From Octopus sinensis (taxonomy: Eukaryota): a stretch of 64,000 nt of DNA. The notes under the pieces were generated by a model, which saw nothing but the letters and a program-made list of their open reading frames with translations, made no database searches and was not told the origin of the DNA. A program made the translations under genes and the position numbers. Below, piece by piece: positions 63,853 to 64,000 of this stretch; within the stretch, counting starts at the first letter, position 1, and each line of letters opens with the position of its first letter. The stretch lies in assembly GCF_006345805.1 (NCBI RefSeq), contig NC_043012.1, positions 40,610,001-40,674,000 of the forward strand, in the 5' to 3' direction.

Positions 63853-64000
63853 TTAAACTTAAATGTTGAAGTGAATCGAACGGTTTTTGTGTGTTTCTTA
63901 AATGGCTTACAAACACCTTCCACGCTGCAATTGTTTTCGTTCCGCACACGATCTCAGATCAATTACTTGCTATGCGAGTACATCTCCGTAATATATATAT

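Larger units (their letters stand above)
63194..63932. mobile_element. ~740-bp palindromic element, probably inverted Penelope-like terminal repeats
   Basis: ~185-bp unique arms nearly identical in inverted orientation; inner microsatellite also inverted; each arm carries an HHR scaffold. Confidence 0.75.

Overview
This is AT-rich eukaryotic, essentially non-coding DNA. The SINE set and the extreme (TA)/(CA)/(ATT) microsatellite load look like an Octopus (cephalopod) genome; this is inferred from repeat style only. I can support no intact protein-coding gene: nearly all listed ORFs are microsatellite or SINE read-through. The window holds dozens of tRNA-derived SINE copies from about 5 modular families, mariner and hAT MITEs, a deleted mariner transposase, an RTE/Expander-like LINE 3' end and two non-autonomous Helitrons. 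It also has a higher-order minisatellite, a 3.3-kb (ATT)n tract and a 100-N gap at 55192-55291. The most interesting signal is a set of minimal type I hammerhead-ribozyme (HHR) motifs from several unrelated repeat families, of the kind known from Penelope-like elements and retrozymes. One is near-canonical (54899-54962, minus). A pair sits in the arms of a ~740-bp palindrome (63194-63932), where the right copy has a compensatory G3-C8 core instead of C3-G8. Long perfect hairpins beside (TA)n tracts, a phased triplet of CTCF-like motifs and a few candidate exons are also noted. SINE coordinates are approximate (about +/-10-20 bp).
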